Shown one piece after another: positions 18,336 through 27,518 of a DNA stretch of 64,000 nt. Position numbers and translations under genes: made by a program. The stretch is from Dehalococcoidia bacterium. GTDB taxonomy: Bacteria > Chloroflexota > Dehalococcoidia > Lucifugimonadales > UBA3495. A model generated the notes under the pieces. The model ran no database searches, was not told the DNA's origin, and was given only the letters and a program-made list of their open reading frames with translations. The stretch's first letter is position 1; each line of letters opens with the position of its first letter. The DNA is taken from the NCBI GenBank assembly GCA_034428795.1, contig DAOUHF010000121.1, positions 3,680 through 67,679 of the forward strand, written 5' to 3'.

Positions 18336-19373
18336 ATGGCTAGCGAAGGTATACGAGTCGGCCTAATCGGGGCCGGCCGGAACACCCGGGACCGCCATAT
18401 TCCCGGTTTCCACGAGGTAAACGGTGTGGAGATAGTCGCGGTGGCCAACCGCTCCCGGGAATCCGGGCGTCAGGCGGCCGACCAGTTCAACATCCCCACC
18501 GTCTACGACAACTGGCAGGAGCTGCTGGAAGACCCCACCATCGACGCCGTCTGCATCGGCACCTGGCCCTACATGCACCGGGTGTTGACCATCTCGGCCC
18601 TCGAGGCTGGCAAGCACGTGCTCTGCGAGGCCCGGATGGCGGCCACCGCCCAAGAAGCCCACGACATGCTCGACGCCTCGCGGGCCCGCCCCGACCTGGT
18701 CACCCAGATCGTGCCGTCCCCTCTTACATTCAAGGTGGATAACCTGTTGCAACAGAAGATCGCGGAGGGTTACGTGGGTGACATCCTGGCAGTCTCGGTC
18801 CAATCGCTGGCCCCGGCATTCATGGAGGCCGGAGGGCCGATGCACTGGCGCAACGACCGCGACCTGAGCGGCTTTAACATCCTCAACATGGGTATCTGGT
18901 ACGAGGCCATGATCCGTTGGGTGGGGCGCGCCAATAACGTAATGGCGATGACCAGCATCAACGCTTCCCACCGGACCGACGAAGCGGGCAGCCGCGTGCC
19001 GGTCAGCATCCCCGACCACGTCGACGTTCTGGCCGGGTTGGCCAACGGGGCCCAAGCCAACCTGCGCTTCAGCGCGGTGACCGGCCTCGCCCCCGGGAAC
19101 GACGTTTGGATCTATGGCGCCGAGGGCACTCTGCGGTTGGACTCGGGGTTGAACGTCTGGGGCGGCAAGCGCGGCGAACACCAACTGACGGAAATTCCCA
19201 ATCCCTCCGAAGGACAGGCTTACTGGCGGGTCGAAGAGGAGTTCTGCCGCGCCATACGCGGCCAGGAAAGAATCACCCGCACCCCCTTCGACGTCGGCGT
19301 CCACTACATGGAGTTCACCGAGGCCGTCACCCGCAGCGCCCAGACCGGCCAAGCGGTAGGCCTGCCGTTATGA
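18336..19373 (+). CDS. Gfo/Idh/MocA family oxidoreductase (paralog 2)
   Basis: RVGLIGAGRNTR, DAVCIGTWPYMH, KHVLCEARMA; C-terminus almost identical to paralog 1. Confidence 0.9.
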   Translation: MASEGIRVGLIGAGRNTRDRHIPGFHEVNGVEIVAVANRSRESGRQAADQFNIPTVYDNWQELLEDPTIDAVCIGTWPYMHRVLTISALEAGKHVLCEARMAATAQEAHDMLDASRARPDLVTQIVPSPLTFKVDNLLQQKIAEGYVGDILAVSVQSLAPAFMEAGGPMHWRNDRDLSGFNILNMGIWYEAMIRWVGRANNVMAMTSINASHRTDEAGSRVPVSIPDHVDVLAGLANGAQANLRFSAVTGLAPGNDVWIYGAEGTLRLDSGLNVWGGKRGEHQLTEIPNPSEGQAYWRVEEEFCRAIRGQERITRTPFDVGVHYMEFTEAVTRSAQTGQAVGLPL

Positions 19374-19395
19374 TGCTATCGAAGCGAGGGAACGA

Positions 19396-19752
19396 ATGGG
19401 AACGTTCAACTGTTCGGTCAGGCTAACCAGCTTCGATGGCGAAAAGTCCGTAGACGTGGAAGCGCTGGTCGATACCGGCGCCAGCTACAGCGTGTTTCCT
19501 GCCAGCGTGTTGGCCGACCTGGGGGTTTCGCCGGGCGAACGCAGCGAGTTTGAACACGGAGACGGTCGGCGCGCCGAGTTGGATTCAGGTCAACACTGGA
19601 TAACGGTCGATGGTCGAAGTACTGTCACTTGGTCAATATTCGGCGAGGATGAATCGACATTCCTGTTGGGGTCCTACGCGCTTGAAGGGGTGCGACTTGG
19701 CGTAGATCCCTACTCCCAGAGGCTTATCCCGATCATCGGGTTGATCAAGTAA
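19396..19752 (+). CDS. Clan AA aspartic protease (retropepsin-like)
   Basis: EALVDTGASYSVFP, LLGSYALEG..L.VDP. Confidence 0.88.
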   Translation: MGTFNCSVRLTSFDGEKSVDVEALVDTGASYSVFPASVLADLGVSPGERSEFEHGDGRRAELDSGQHWITVDGRSTVTWSIFGEDESTFLLGSYALEGVRLGVDPYSQRLIPIIGLIK

Positions 19753-19763
19753 AGATACACCCT

Positions 19764-20306
19764 CTACCTGTCCAGCAAATGCCGCATCGCCTGCGGGGCG
19801 GCCGTGGCGGCCCGTTCCCGAAGCTCAGGAACGGTCAACGTGACAATAGGGTGGTCGATGATAGCCAAGCCGTAGTCCGCGTCCCCCCGCATCCGGGCCA
19901 TGGCGCGGGCTTGACTCACGAAGGGCTTGGTGGTCAACACTGTGGAGGCCACTCCCAGCAGCTCCATCTCCATCGCGTCGTGCACACTGCACGAGGTGCA
20001 GGAGCCTCATTCCGCCGTGGCGTGAATCATCACGTCGCAGCGTTGGGCCAAGTCTTCCAACGCGCTGCGGTCGGCGGGCCATTGGTGGCCGCCCTTGTTG
20101 TATTCCACCACTTCCTTCAGCGAATACCGTTCGCCAATGGTCTCGGCCATCATGCGCAACAGGTCCTCGGAGTGGGGCTTGTTGTTGGACAACAGTCCCA
20201 GCACCCGGCCATCGAGGCTGGCCGGGCGGGCGGCCAGCACGGCCTGGGTTGGCTGGGCGCGGTCCCGGGGGTCAAGGGTATAAATACCTCTTGGTGATTC
20301 CGGCAT
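19764..20306 (-). CDS. UGSC family selenoprotein (Sec at TGA 20009-20007)
   Basis: Track ORFs 20007..20306 and 19764..19985 are in frame and joined by HATAE-TGA-GSCTSCSVHD. Confidence 0.88.
19978..19994 (-). promoter_or_regulatory. Candidate bacterial SECIS hairpin
   Basis: UCGUGCA-GUG-UGCACGA starting 12 nt after the UGA. Confidence 0.6.
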
Positions 20307-20339
20307 TCCCGATTTCCCTCCGGTGGCTCCCGGTGATTT

Positions 20340-21356
20340 TTACCGGGGGACCGTGATTTCCCTTGTAACCGAACGGCTGCTGCCCCAAGACGTAATGGCG
20401 GCCATGAACTCCCCCGCATCCCCTCCGGCCGGCGCCACCGTGATACGTCCGGGTTCTGAGACGATACCGATAAGCCTCTCCCGGTCCGCCGCCGGCCCCA
20501 GCCGGTCGATGCGCCGCCACCGGTCCCACTCGCCGGCGGGCAGCCGGGTCTTTTCGTAGACAAAGGCGGCGACTTGTTCCCGGGTCCAACCGGACGCGGC
20601 GACGTAGGCCATGAGCTCCTGGCTGATCACCAAGACGACTTCCGAGACAGACGGTCCGAGGCCGAGCATGGCATGGGACGCGGCGGTGAGGAAACCTTCC
20701 GGCTCCCGGTCACCGTGGGTCTCCAACTGCAACGGCGCGTTGGCGGCGACCATGGTGACGGTGCTGGAGCCTTCGTGGAAACCCTTGGCCTCCGCCAATG
20801 ACCCCCAAGGGCTGGTATCGACGTCTTCAGCGAAGCAGAAGCTGTATTTGCCGGGATGACCGAAGGTGCTTTTGTCCATGTCTTGAGCGACCGAGCCGTA
20901 GTGGTTGGCTTTGACCAGGTTGATCGCTCGTCCGATGGCCGCGTTGGCCCGGTTCGCCTGCCCCATGAGGTTGACTCCCGGGTTCATGCCGATGTGGGAG
21001 GCGTAGGGGCCGCTCACCATCACGAGGTTCGCGATGCCGTTGGTGGAGGTGCTGCTGGCGTGCAGGTTATAAGTCCGGTCGCAGACCGCCGAAATTGCCG
21101 CCGCGACCACCGGAAAATGCTCCGGCAGGCAGCCAGCCATCACCGCGTTGACCGCCACGCTCTCAGCCTGAAACGTCTTGCGGCGAATGCCCTCGACACC
21201 CAGAACATAGTCCGGAGCAAGGCCGCAATGTTCCAGCATTGCCGAAACGCGCTCCGGGGTGGGCGGAACGATTGGCAGGCCGTCGGTCAGCCCTTCCCGG
21301 AAGTAAAATTCCTGGGCCTCTTCCCAATCGTTGAAGTGAAAATGCTCGGACGACAT
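20340..21356 (-). CDS. Conserved hypothetical protein typically adjacent to UGSC proteins
   Basis: TDGLPIVPPTPERV, AVNAVMAGCLPE, NRANAAIGRA, GHPGKY. Confidence 0.8.
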   Translation of the reverse strand: MSSEHFHFNDWEEAQEFYFREGLTDGLPIVPPTPERVSAMLEHCGLAPDYVLGVEGIRRKTFQAESVAVNAVMAGCLPEHFPVVAAAISAVCDRTYNLHASSTSTNGIANLVMVSGPYASHIGMNPGVNLMGQANRANAAIGRAINLVKANHYGSVAQDMDKSTFGHPGKYSFCFAEDVDTSPWGSLAEAKGFHEGSSTVTMVAANAPLQLETHGDREPEGFLTAASHAMLGLGPSVSEVVLVISQELMAYVAASGWTREQVAAFVYEKTRLPAGEWDRWRRIDRLGPAADRERLIGIVSEPGRITVAPAGGDAGEFMAAITSWGSSRSVTREITVPR

Positions 21357-21739
21357 GACGCCACTTTAAGACACAAGCCGCCCCAGGCGCAATTGACGGT
21401 AATCTCTCCTCCGGTCCCCCTCCCCCGGTCCCCCTCTTTTGGTATCCAGGAGGGCCCAGGTCGGAGAAGAGCCTGCCAAAAAGACCCAGACCGGCCGTAC
21501 CGCGGCGCCGCGCCCCCTACTCCCCCATGTATGCAGACGGGCGGGCCGGGCACGGTCGGTCTGGGTCCCCGCCCTGCGGCCCCGAGGTGTTGGGGCCCTT
21601 GAGCCGGAGGGCGGGGAGTGGAATCCCGGTGAACGGTCGCTGCTAATTAGTCGTGGGCCGTTCCAGGATCACCAGCGGGATGCAATATATCGCCTGGGCC
21701 ATCGTTGTCTGCCTCCTGGAGAATTCTTCCCGAAGCGTC

Positions 21740-22225
21740 CTAAGACAGAGCGATAGGCAGATAGCGGGTGAGACTGTCCAGGCACCGGCCCCAACCCTGT
21801 TGGTGTTCCTGGCGCATGTTTTCGTCGGGGAACATTTCGTGAGTGAGTCTGACCTCGGTCGACCCGTCCCGGTCAAAGAACTCGATGGTAACCAGGGTTT
21901 CGGTCGGCGCCCAGTCCGCGCCGTAGGGCGGCGGCCCCGCCTCCCATTTCCAGGTGAAGACGAGCTTCTCCGGTGGAATGATCTCTCTATATACCCCGCT
22001 TACAATGAAAGGCTGTTCTTGATCCGGGACCTGCATTCCCAACCGATAACTGCCGCCGGTCCGCAGGTCGACCTCCGCAATAGGCACGGTGAAATCCTCC
22101 TGCACGGCCCACCAACGGTGCAAGTGCGCCGGATTGGTCCATGCCTCGAACACCCGCTCCCTGGGGGCGTTGATGGTGCGGTTGATTACCACTCTGAAGG
22201 TCGGGTCCGGGGTTGGCTGGGTCAT
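21740..22225 (-). CDS. SRPBCC/AHSA1 domain protein
   Basis: RTINAPRERVFEAWT, VDLRTGGSYR, PPEKLVFTW, HQQGW. Confidence 0.9.
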   Translation of the reverse strand: MTQPTPDPTFRVVINRTINAPRERVFEAWTNPAHLHRWWAVQEDFTVPIAEVDLRTGGSYRLGMQVPDQEQPFIVSGVYREIIPPEKLVFTWKWEAGPPPYGADWAPTETLVTIEFFDRDGSTEVRLTHEMFPDENMRQEHQQGWGRCLDSLTRYLPIALS

Positions 22226-22237
22226 TTGGGAATCCTT

Positions 22238-22621
22238 CTACCTGGGGTCTTGCGACAGTTGATTTGCGCTTGGCGCCGGTGGGGCATCCTCCGGGATAGT
22301 GTCTTCCAGGTAGCTGGCCAAGGACTCCAACTGCTGGTCCCAGAACCGCCGGTACTGTTCGATCCACTGGACTGCGTGTTGCATCGGCGCTGTTTGCAAC
22401 CGGCATCGTCTGACCCTTCCATCCCGTTCTTGGGTGACCAACCCTGCCCTTTCCAGTACGCGCAGTTGCTTGGAGATAGCGGGTAGGGAAACCTCGAATG
22501 GTTCCGCCAGAACGGTGACTGGCAGAGCTTCTCGTGAGAGGCGCTCCAGCATGGCCCGCCTGGTGGGATCGGCCAGCGCCGCAAAGGTCTGATTCAGTGT
22601 CTCGACGGCATTGTTAACCAT
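22238..22621 (-). CDS. ArsR/SmtB family transcriptional regulator
   Basis: FAALADPTRRAML, SLPAISKQLRVLERAGLV. Confidence 0.92.
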   Translation of the reverse strand: MVNNAVETLNQTFAALADPTRRAMLERLSREALPVTVLAEPFEVSLPAISKQLRVLERAGLVTQERDGRVRRCRLQTAPMQHAVQWIEQYRRFWDQQLESLASYLEDTIPEDAPPAPSANQLSQDPR

Positions 22622-22629
22622 TTGGTTAA
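22614..22629. promoter_or_regulatory. Palindromic putative ArsR autoregulatory operator over the start codon
   Basis: TTAACCA-TT-TGGTTAA. Confidence 0.6.
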
Positions 22630-22677
22630 ATATGTAACATCCGGCCCTCCGTTGTCAACCCTCGCGCGGCATCCAAC

Positions 22678-22709
22678 AAAAAACCCGCGCCCCTGAATGG
22701 GGCACGGGT
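22678..22709 (-). terminator. Intrinsic terminator downstream of the sulfurtransferase
   Basis: On the minus strand ACCCGTGCCCC-ATTCA-GGGGCGCGGGT followed by a T run. Confidence 0.7.
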
Positions 22710-22868
22710 GTGATCGGGGACCGGCGCGCCGGTCAGGCCGGTTGGCTATGCGGCCGGTGTCAGGCGGGGGGCCGGTGTCAGACGGGGGGCCGGTCTTCGT
22801 CGATTCCTCTTATCTGGGCGAACGCGCCGGCGGCCATACAGTCAGCACTGTTCCGGTTTATCCAGGGA

Positions 22869-23696
22869 TCAGACCTCCAGCGGAGTATCATCGCGGTTGG
22901 CCCATTCACCCATGGAGGCGTCGTAGTTTTTCGTCTGGTTGTAACCGACCAGTTGGAGGACGAACACACCGTGCGCCGCACGGATCCCGCCCTGTCAATA
23001 CGTGTAGACTTTCTTCTCGGGCGTGATGCCGGCCTCCGACAGGACTCGCTTGATTTCGTTGGCTGGCTTGAACCGGTGAGTGCCCCGGTCCATCACGTTG
23101 AACCATTCCAGATGAACCGCCCCAGGAATGTGCCCAACACGCTGGTTGCCCCGGGGATCGCTGCCGTCCCATTCGGCGTCGGCCCGCACGTCCCAGATCA
23201 CGGCGTCGGCCAGGCCGCAGGCCTCCTTCAGATCATCGACCATCACCAGCAACGACTCATCCCGCCGCGATGTGAAAGTAGCGCCGGCGGCCCCGGAGGA
23301 GCGATCGACGCCGACACCGTTCCCGGCGGCTATCCAACTCCTCCAGCCCCCGTCGAGCACTTTGACGTTGGCATGCCCGTAGGTGTTGAGGGCCCACCAG
23401 AGCCGGGCGGCGTAGAGGCTTTGGGAGTTGTCGTAGGCGATTACCAGCGTGTCGTCGCCAACACCAAGCCCCTCGCACGTGGCTTTGAATTGTTCGGAAG
23501 ACATCAGGTGGACCCGGCCGGTGTCCGGGTCCTTTTCGAAGTTGTCGGGGACTATCACCGCGCCGGGAATATGACCGCGGTTGTAAGCGGCGTCGACGTC
23601 GCAATCGACAACCACGACGTTCGAGTCGTCCTTGTGGGCGGCCACCCATGCGGCGTCGACCAGATATTCGGGATGGGTGTAGTCCTCGGTCGTCAT
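22869..23696 (-). CDS. Tandem-domain rhodanese/sulfurtransferase selenoprotein (Sec at TGA 22997-22995)
   Basis: Readthrough gives VYTY-U-QGGIRAAHGVFVLQLVGYNQTKNYDASMGEWANRDDTPLEV*, with TGA at the catalytic Cys position; hairpin CCGUGC-GGC-GCACGG 11 nt after the UGA (22983-22969). Confidence 0.88.
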
Positions 23697-23929
23697 ATTC
23701 CCTCCTGCCGGCCGCCGCCGGCCTCATCGCGGCAGCATGCGGCATTATGACTATCGTTTCAGGAATTGTAGGCCACCGGCGCGAACACGGTCAACGCGGG
23801 CCGGGCGCTCCGGCGTCCGTTTGCCTTGCCGTGCCCCAATCCTGAAAGCTAAAATGCGGGAAAGCCCGCCGGCCCGCCCCCGCCCAGAGACCGGGGCGGG
23901 CCGTCTTGTTGGAACGCCGCCCCACTAAA

Positions 23930-23977
23930 TAGAGCCGGGTCCGAGTAGGGCCGGGTCCGAATAGAGCCGGGTCCGGG
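23930..23977. repeat. 16-bp tandem repeat (TAGRGCCGGGTCCGRN) x3
   Basis: Read directly between the divergent sulfurtransferase and acs genes. Confidence 0.85.
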
Positions 23978-24177
23978 ATTGGCCGACGGCCAATGAGAGG
24001 TAGTGAAGCGGGGCCGATTGAAGCGGGAAGGCCGGTCCCATTCAATCTGGCTCAACCCGGTCACAGGAGAGGTTCAATCCATACCTCGACACGCTGAGAT
24101 TGATGACATTCTAGCCCGCAATATATGCCGTAAATTATCGATCCCTATTATTGGCAGGGAGTAACAGGAGGGCCAAC

Positions 24178-26088
24178 ATGGTACAGCAAGGACAGATCGA
24201 CCATCTGCTCCAGGAGACCGGCGAAATTGCACCGCCGGGACCGCTGGTGGCGCAAGCGACCCTCCAGGACTTCGAGGGCGCTTACCGCGACTCCATGGAG
24301 TCGCCGGAGGTGTTCTGGGAGGGTGTGGCCTCTGAGCTGGAATGGTCCCGCCGGTGGGACAAGGTCTTCGAGTGGGATTACCCGACTTTCCGATGGTTCC
24401 TGGGGGCGCGGTGCAACATCACCCGGAATTGCCTTGACCGTCACCTGACCAACGGCAACAAGAACAAAGCGGCCTTCATCTGGCTGGGGGAAGACGGCTC
24501 GGAACGAGTCTACACCTACGGCAGGCTGGCCCAACTCGTGAACCGGTTCGCCAACGGGCTCCGGTCCCTGGGAGTAGGCAAGGGCGACCGCGTGGTCATC
24601 TACATGCCGCTGACACCGGAAGGGGCTATCGCGATGCTGGCCTGCGCCCGAGTCGGCGCGGTCCACAGCGTGGTGTACGCCGGCTTCAGCGTCGGCGCGT
24701 TGCGCGACCGGATAATCGACGCCCAGGCCAAGGTGGTGATTACCGCCGACGTTGGCTATCGCCGGGGCAACGAAGTGGGCCTGAAGAGCATCACCGACAA
24801 AGCGGTGGCCAACCTGGACGTGGTTGAGCACGTGGTGGTCTGGCGGCGCAAAGGCGGGGGCGACGACACCGGCCAGGATCCCCGGGAAGTCGATTTCGAT
24901 GAGTTGGTGGCCCGGGGCGGCGTAGACTGCCCGGCCGAGGAGATGGACTCGGAAGACCCTCTCTATATCCTGTACACCAGCGGCACCACCGGGAAGCCCA
25001 AAGGGGTGCAACACGTACACGGCGGTTACATGGTGGGCACCTACTACCACTTCAAGACGTTCTGGGACGTAAAAGACGACGACGTTTTCTGGTGCACTTC
25101 GGACATCGGCTGGGTAGTGGGCCACAGCTACATCGTCTACGCCCCCCTCGTCGCGGGGGCCACCACCGTGTTCCGCGAAGGCGCCATCGACTACCCTCAT
25201 CCCGGCGTGTTCTACGAAATCATCGAGAAATACGGGGTAAACGTCATTTTCACGGCGCCCACCGCCCTGCGCATGCTGATGCGCTACGGCGAAAAATACC
25301 CCCAGGGGTATGACCTGCGCTCCCTTCGGTTCCTCACCTGCGCCGGCGAGCCGTTGAACCCCGAGGCCCTGCGCTGGACCTACGAGCATATCTGCGGCAG
25401 CGGCCGGTGGGGCCACGTGGTGGACAACTGGTGGCAGACGGAGACCGGCGGGCCGTGTCTGGGCACCACCGCCACCATGCCGGTGAAGCCGGGCCGGGTC
25501 GGCCGGCCGTTGCCGGGGGCCGAAATGGACATCGTGGACCGGGAGGGCCAGCCCATCACCGAGCCGGACAAGGGCGGCCTCCTGGTGATTAAACGGCCCT
25601 TCCCCCATTTCTTCCGGACGGTGTTCGGCGACCCGGAGCGCTACTCCCAGGACTGGAACACCATCCCCGGAGTGTACTTCACCGGCGACGTGGCGCTGCG
25701 GGACGCCGACGGCTACTACATGGTGGTGGGCCGCGCCGACGACGTGCTCAACGTGGCCGGACACCGCATCGGGTCCGCCGAGGTGGAGAGCGCCCTGGTG
25801 TCCCACCCGGCGGTGGCCGAGGCCGCGGTCATCGGCAAGCCCGACGAGCTGCGCGGGGAGTCCATCAAGGGTTTCGTGACCCTTCGCGCGGGCAACGATC
25901 CTTCAGACGGCATGGTGGACGCGCTGAAGCTGCACGTTCGAAACGAATTGGGCCCCATCGCAGTTCCCGCAGAGCTCGAATTCACTTCCACCCTCCCCAA
26001 GACCCGCTCCGGAAAAATCATGCGCCGCCTGCTAAAGGCGCAGGAATTGGGCTTGGACCCCGGTGACATCACCACCCTGGAGGAGTGA
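24178..26088 (+). CDS. acs: Acetyl-CoA synthetase
   Basis: ILYTSGTTGKPKG, TSDIGWVVGHSY, VDNWWQTETGG, LPKTRSGKIMRR; AGGAG RBS before ATG 24178. Confidence 0.95.
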   Translation: MVQQGQIDHLLQETGEIAPPGPLVAQATLQDFEGAYRDSMESPEVFWEGVASELEWSRRWDKVFEWDYPTFRWFLGARCNITRNCLDRHLTNGNKNKAAFIWLGEDGSERVYTYGRLAQLVNRFANGLRSLGVGKGDRVVIYMPLTPEGAIAMLACARVGAVHSVVYAGFSVGALRDRIIDAQAKVVITADVGYRRGNEVGLKSITDKAVANLDVVEHVVVWRRKGGGDDTGQDPREVDFDELVARGGVDCPAEEMDSEDPLYILYTSGTTGKPKGVQHVHGGYMVGTYYHFKTFWDVKDDDVFWCTSDIGWVVGHSYIVYAPLVAGATTVFREGAIDYPHPGVFYEIIEKYGVNVIFTAPTALRMLMRYGEKYPQGYDLRSLRFLTCAGEPLNPEALRWTYEHICGSGRWGHVVDNWWQTETGGPCLGTTATMPVKPGRVGRPLPGAEMDIVDREGQPITEPDKGGLLVIKRPFPHFFRTVFGDPERYSQDWNTIPGVYFTGDVALRDADGYYMVVGRADDVLNVAGHRIGSAEVESALVSHPAVAEAAVIGKPDELRGESIKGFVTLRAGNDPSDGMVDALKLHVRNELGPIAVPAELEFTSTLPKTRSGKIMRRLLKAQELGLDPGDITTLEE

Positions 26089-26137
26089 GCAACAGATTCA
26101 TTTCGGCAGTCGAGCCCAAAGGTGAATCCACCAGGAG

Positions 26138-26361
26138 ATGAACAACAGAGAATTTATCCGGCGGGCGCGCCGCTACGCCAGACGCAATGGATTGGAGTTC
26201 TATTTGGACCCGACCCGAGGTAAGGGCAGCCACGGAACGGTCTACGTGGGAGACCAGCGTACATGGGAGACCAGCGTACAATAGTGCAGCACGGCGAAAT
26301 TGGCAGGGGAGTTTTGTCTACTATGCTCAGAGAATTGAGAATTGATAGACAGGGGTTCTGA
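26138..26361 (+). pseudogene. hicA: HicA toxin frameshifted by an exact 17-bp tandem duplication
   Basis: MNNREFIRRARRYARRNGLEFYLDPTRGKGSHGTVYVGDQRT [dup 26247-26280] IVQHGEIGRGVLSTMLRELRIDRQGF*; GKGSH motif. Confidence 0.88.
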
Positions 26362-26364
26362 ACA

Positions 26365-26799
26365 ATGAAATACGCTTACTCTTGCAACATTGTTCCCGAC
26401 GAAGAAGAGGGAGAAGGATTCGTAATAAACTTTCCCGATGTGAAAGGAGCGATTACCGGCGCCAAAACGTTTAAGGAATCGCTGGTTAAGGCCGAGGACT
26501 GCCTGCTGGTGGCACTGTGCGCTTACGTTGACTGCAATGAAGATATCCCAATCCCCAGCCCTCCAGGCACGGGTCAGGAACTCATCGCCGTGGAGCCCCT
26601 CCCCGCGGCCAAGCTGGCCCTGTACTCCGCAATGCGGCGGAAGGGCATCACCAAGGCGGAACTATCCGACCGTACCGGCCTCAGCGAACCCACAGTCCGC
26701 AAGCTGCTGATCCCGGACCGCTACTCCCACATCAGCCATGTTACCAGGGCCCTGGACGCCGTAGGCTGCCGCCTGGTGGTGGAAGACTTGGTGGCATGA
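26365..26799 (+). CDS. hicB: HicB family antitoxin
   Basis: GFVINFPDVKGAITG..F.E...AEDCL, AAKLALY.AMRRKGITKAEL HTH. Confidence 0.9.
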   Translation: MKYAYSCNIVPDEEEGEGFVINFPDVKGAITGAKTFKESLVKAEDCLLVALCAYVDCNEDIPIPSPPGTGQELIAVEPLPAAKLALYSAMRRKGITKAELSDRTGLSEPTVRKLLIPDRYSHISHVTRALDAVGCRLVVEDLVA

Positions 26800-26845
26800 C
26801 GGCGGCAGTGCGGGACACCCACAGCCTACGGGGGCGAGGTAAGCG

Positions 26846-27496
26846 ATGCGCGACGTAATTGGGCGCTACAGATTCAAAGAGGAGCAGCACCGCGAGATGG
26901 CGAAGTATGGCATGTTGCCCAAGTCATACGATGCTGGAAATGTGGACGATTCGACCCACAGGTTCACCGTCGACGAGTTCGTGCGGATGGCGGAAATAGG
27001 CATCCTGGATCCGGATGACCGGGTGGAGCTCATCGACGGGGTGATAGTGGAAATCGCGCCTGTCGGCAGACCGCATGGAAATCGGGTAAGCGACGTTGCC
27101 AGAGCCTTTTGGGAGCACGTGCCAAAGAGTGTGCGAGTGTACATTGGTTCAACAATTCGCCTTGACGACAGAATCGGGCCGCAGCCCGACCTCGTGCTCC
27201 TTAATCCACAAGCGTCGGCGGACGAAGAAACCGTCCCCCGACCAGAAGACATATTACTTATCGTTGAAGTATCGGCTTCGACCCTCCGAACCGACAGGGG
27301 CGCCAAGGCGAGGCGATACGCCCAGAACGGTATCCCCGAGTTGTGGATTTTCGTCTTGGCGACCGAGCAAATCGAGGTCTGCCGTCAGCCCACTCCGGAA
27401 GGCTACGCTGAAGTACGGCGATTCAGCCGTGGCGACACGCTGACCATACAGGCTCTGCCCGGCATCAAGATTTCGATGGATGAGCTGCTGGCCTGA
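26846..27496 (+). CDS. Uma2/DUF820 family endonuclease-like protein
   Basis: HRFTVDEFVRMAEIGIL..DDRVELIDG, PQPDL, LLIVEVS, YAQNGIPELW. Confidence 0.9.
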   Translation: MRDVIGRYRFKEEQHREMAKYGMLPKSYDAGNVDDSTHRFTVDEFVRMAEIGILDPDDRVELIDGVIVEIAPVGRPHGNRVSDVARAFWEHVPKSVRVYIGSTIRLDDRIGPQPDLVLLNPQASADEETVPRPEDILLIVEVSASTLRTDRGAKARRYAQNGIPELWIFVLATEQIEVCRQPTPEGYAEVRRFSRGDTLTIQALPGIKISMDELLA

Positions 27497-27518
27497 GCAA
27501 CAAATGAGGGGCAATATC

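Noticed and set aside
19764-20306. Two separate small genes or a nonsense pseudogene
   Set aside because: In-frame TGA in the UGSC motif with a downstream hairpin favours Sec readthrough.
23930-23977. Possible mini-CRISPR from short direct repeats (also 33481, 50585)
   Set aside because: Units are contiguous with no spacers, too short, and no cas genes are present.
24148-25806. 552-aa minus-strand ORF
   Set aside because: Antisense shadow of acs in GC-rich DNA; no motifs. The same applies to 28448..30190, 37418..38908, 56758..58359, 16758..17834 and 18363..19352.
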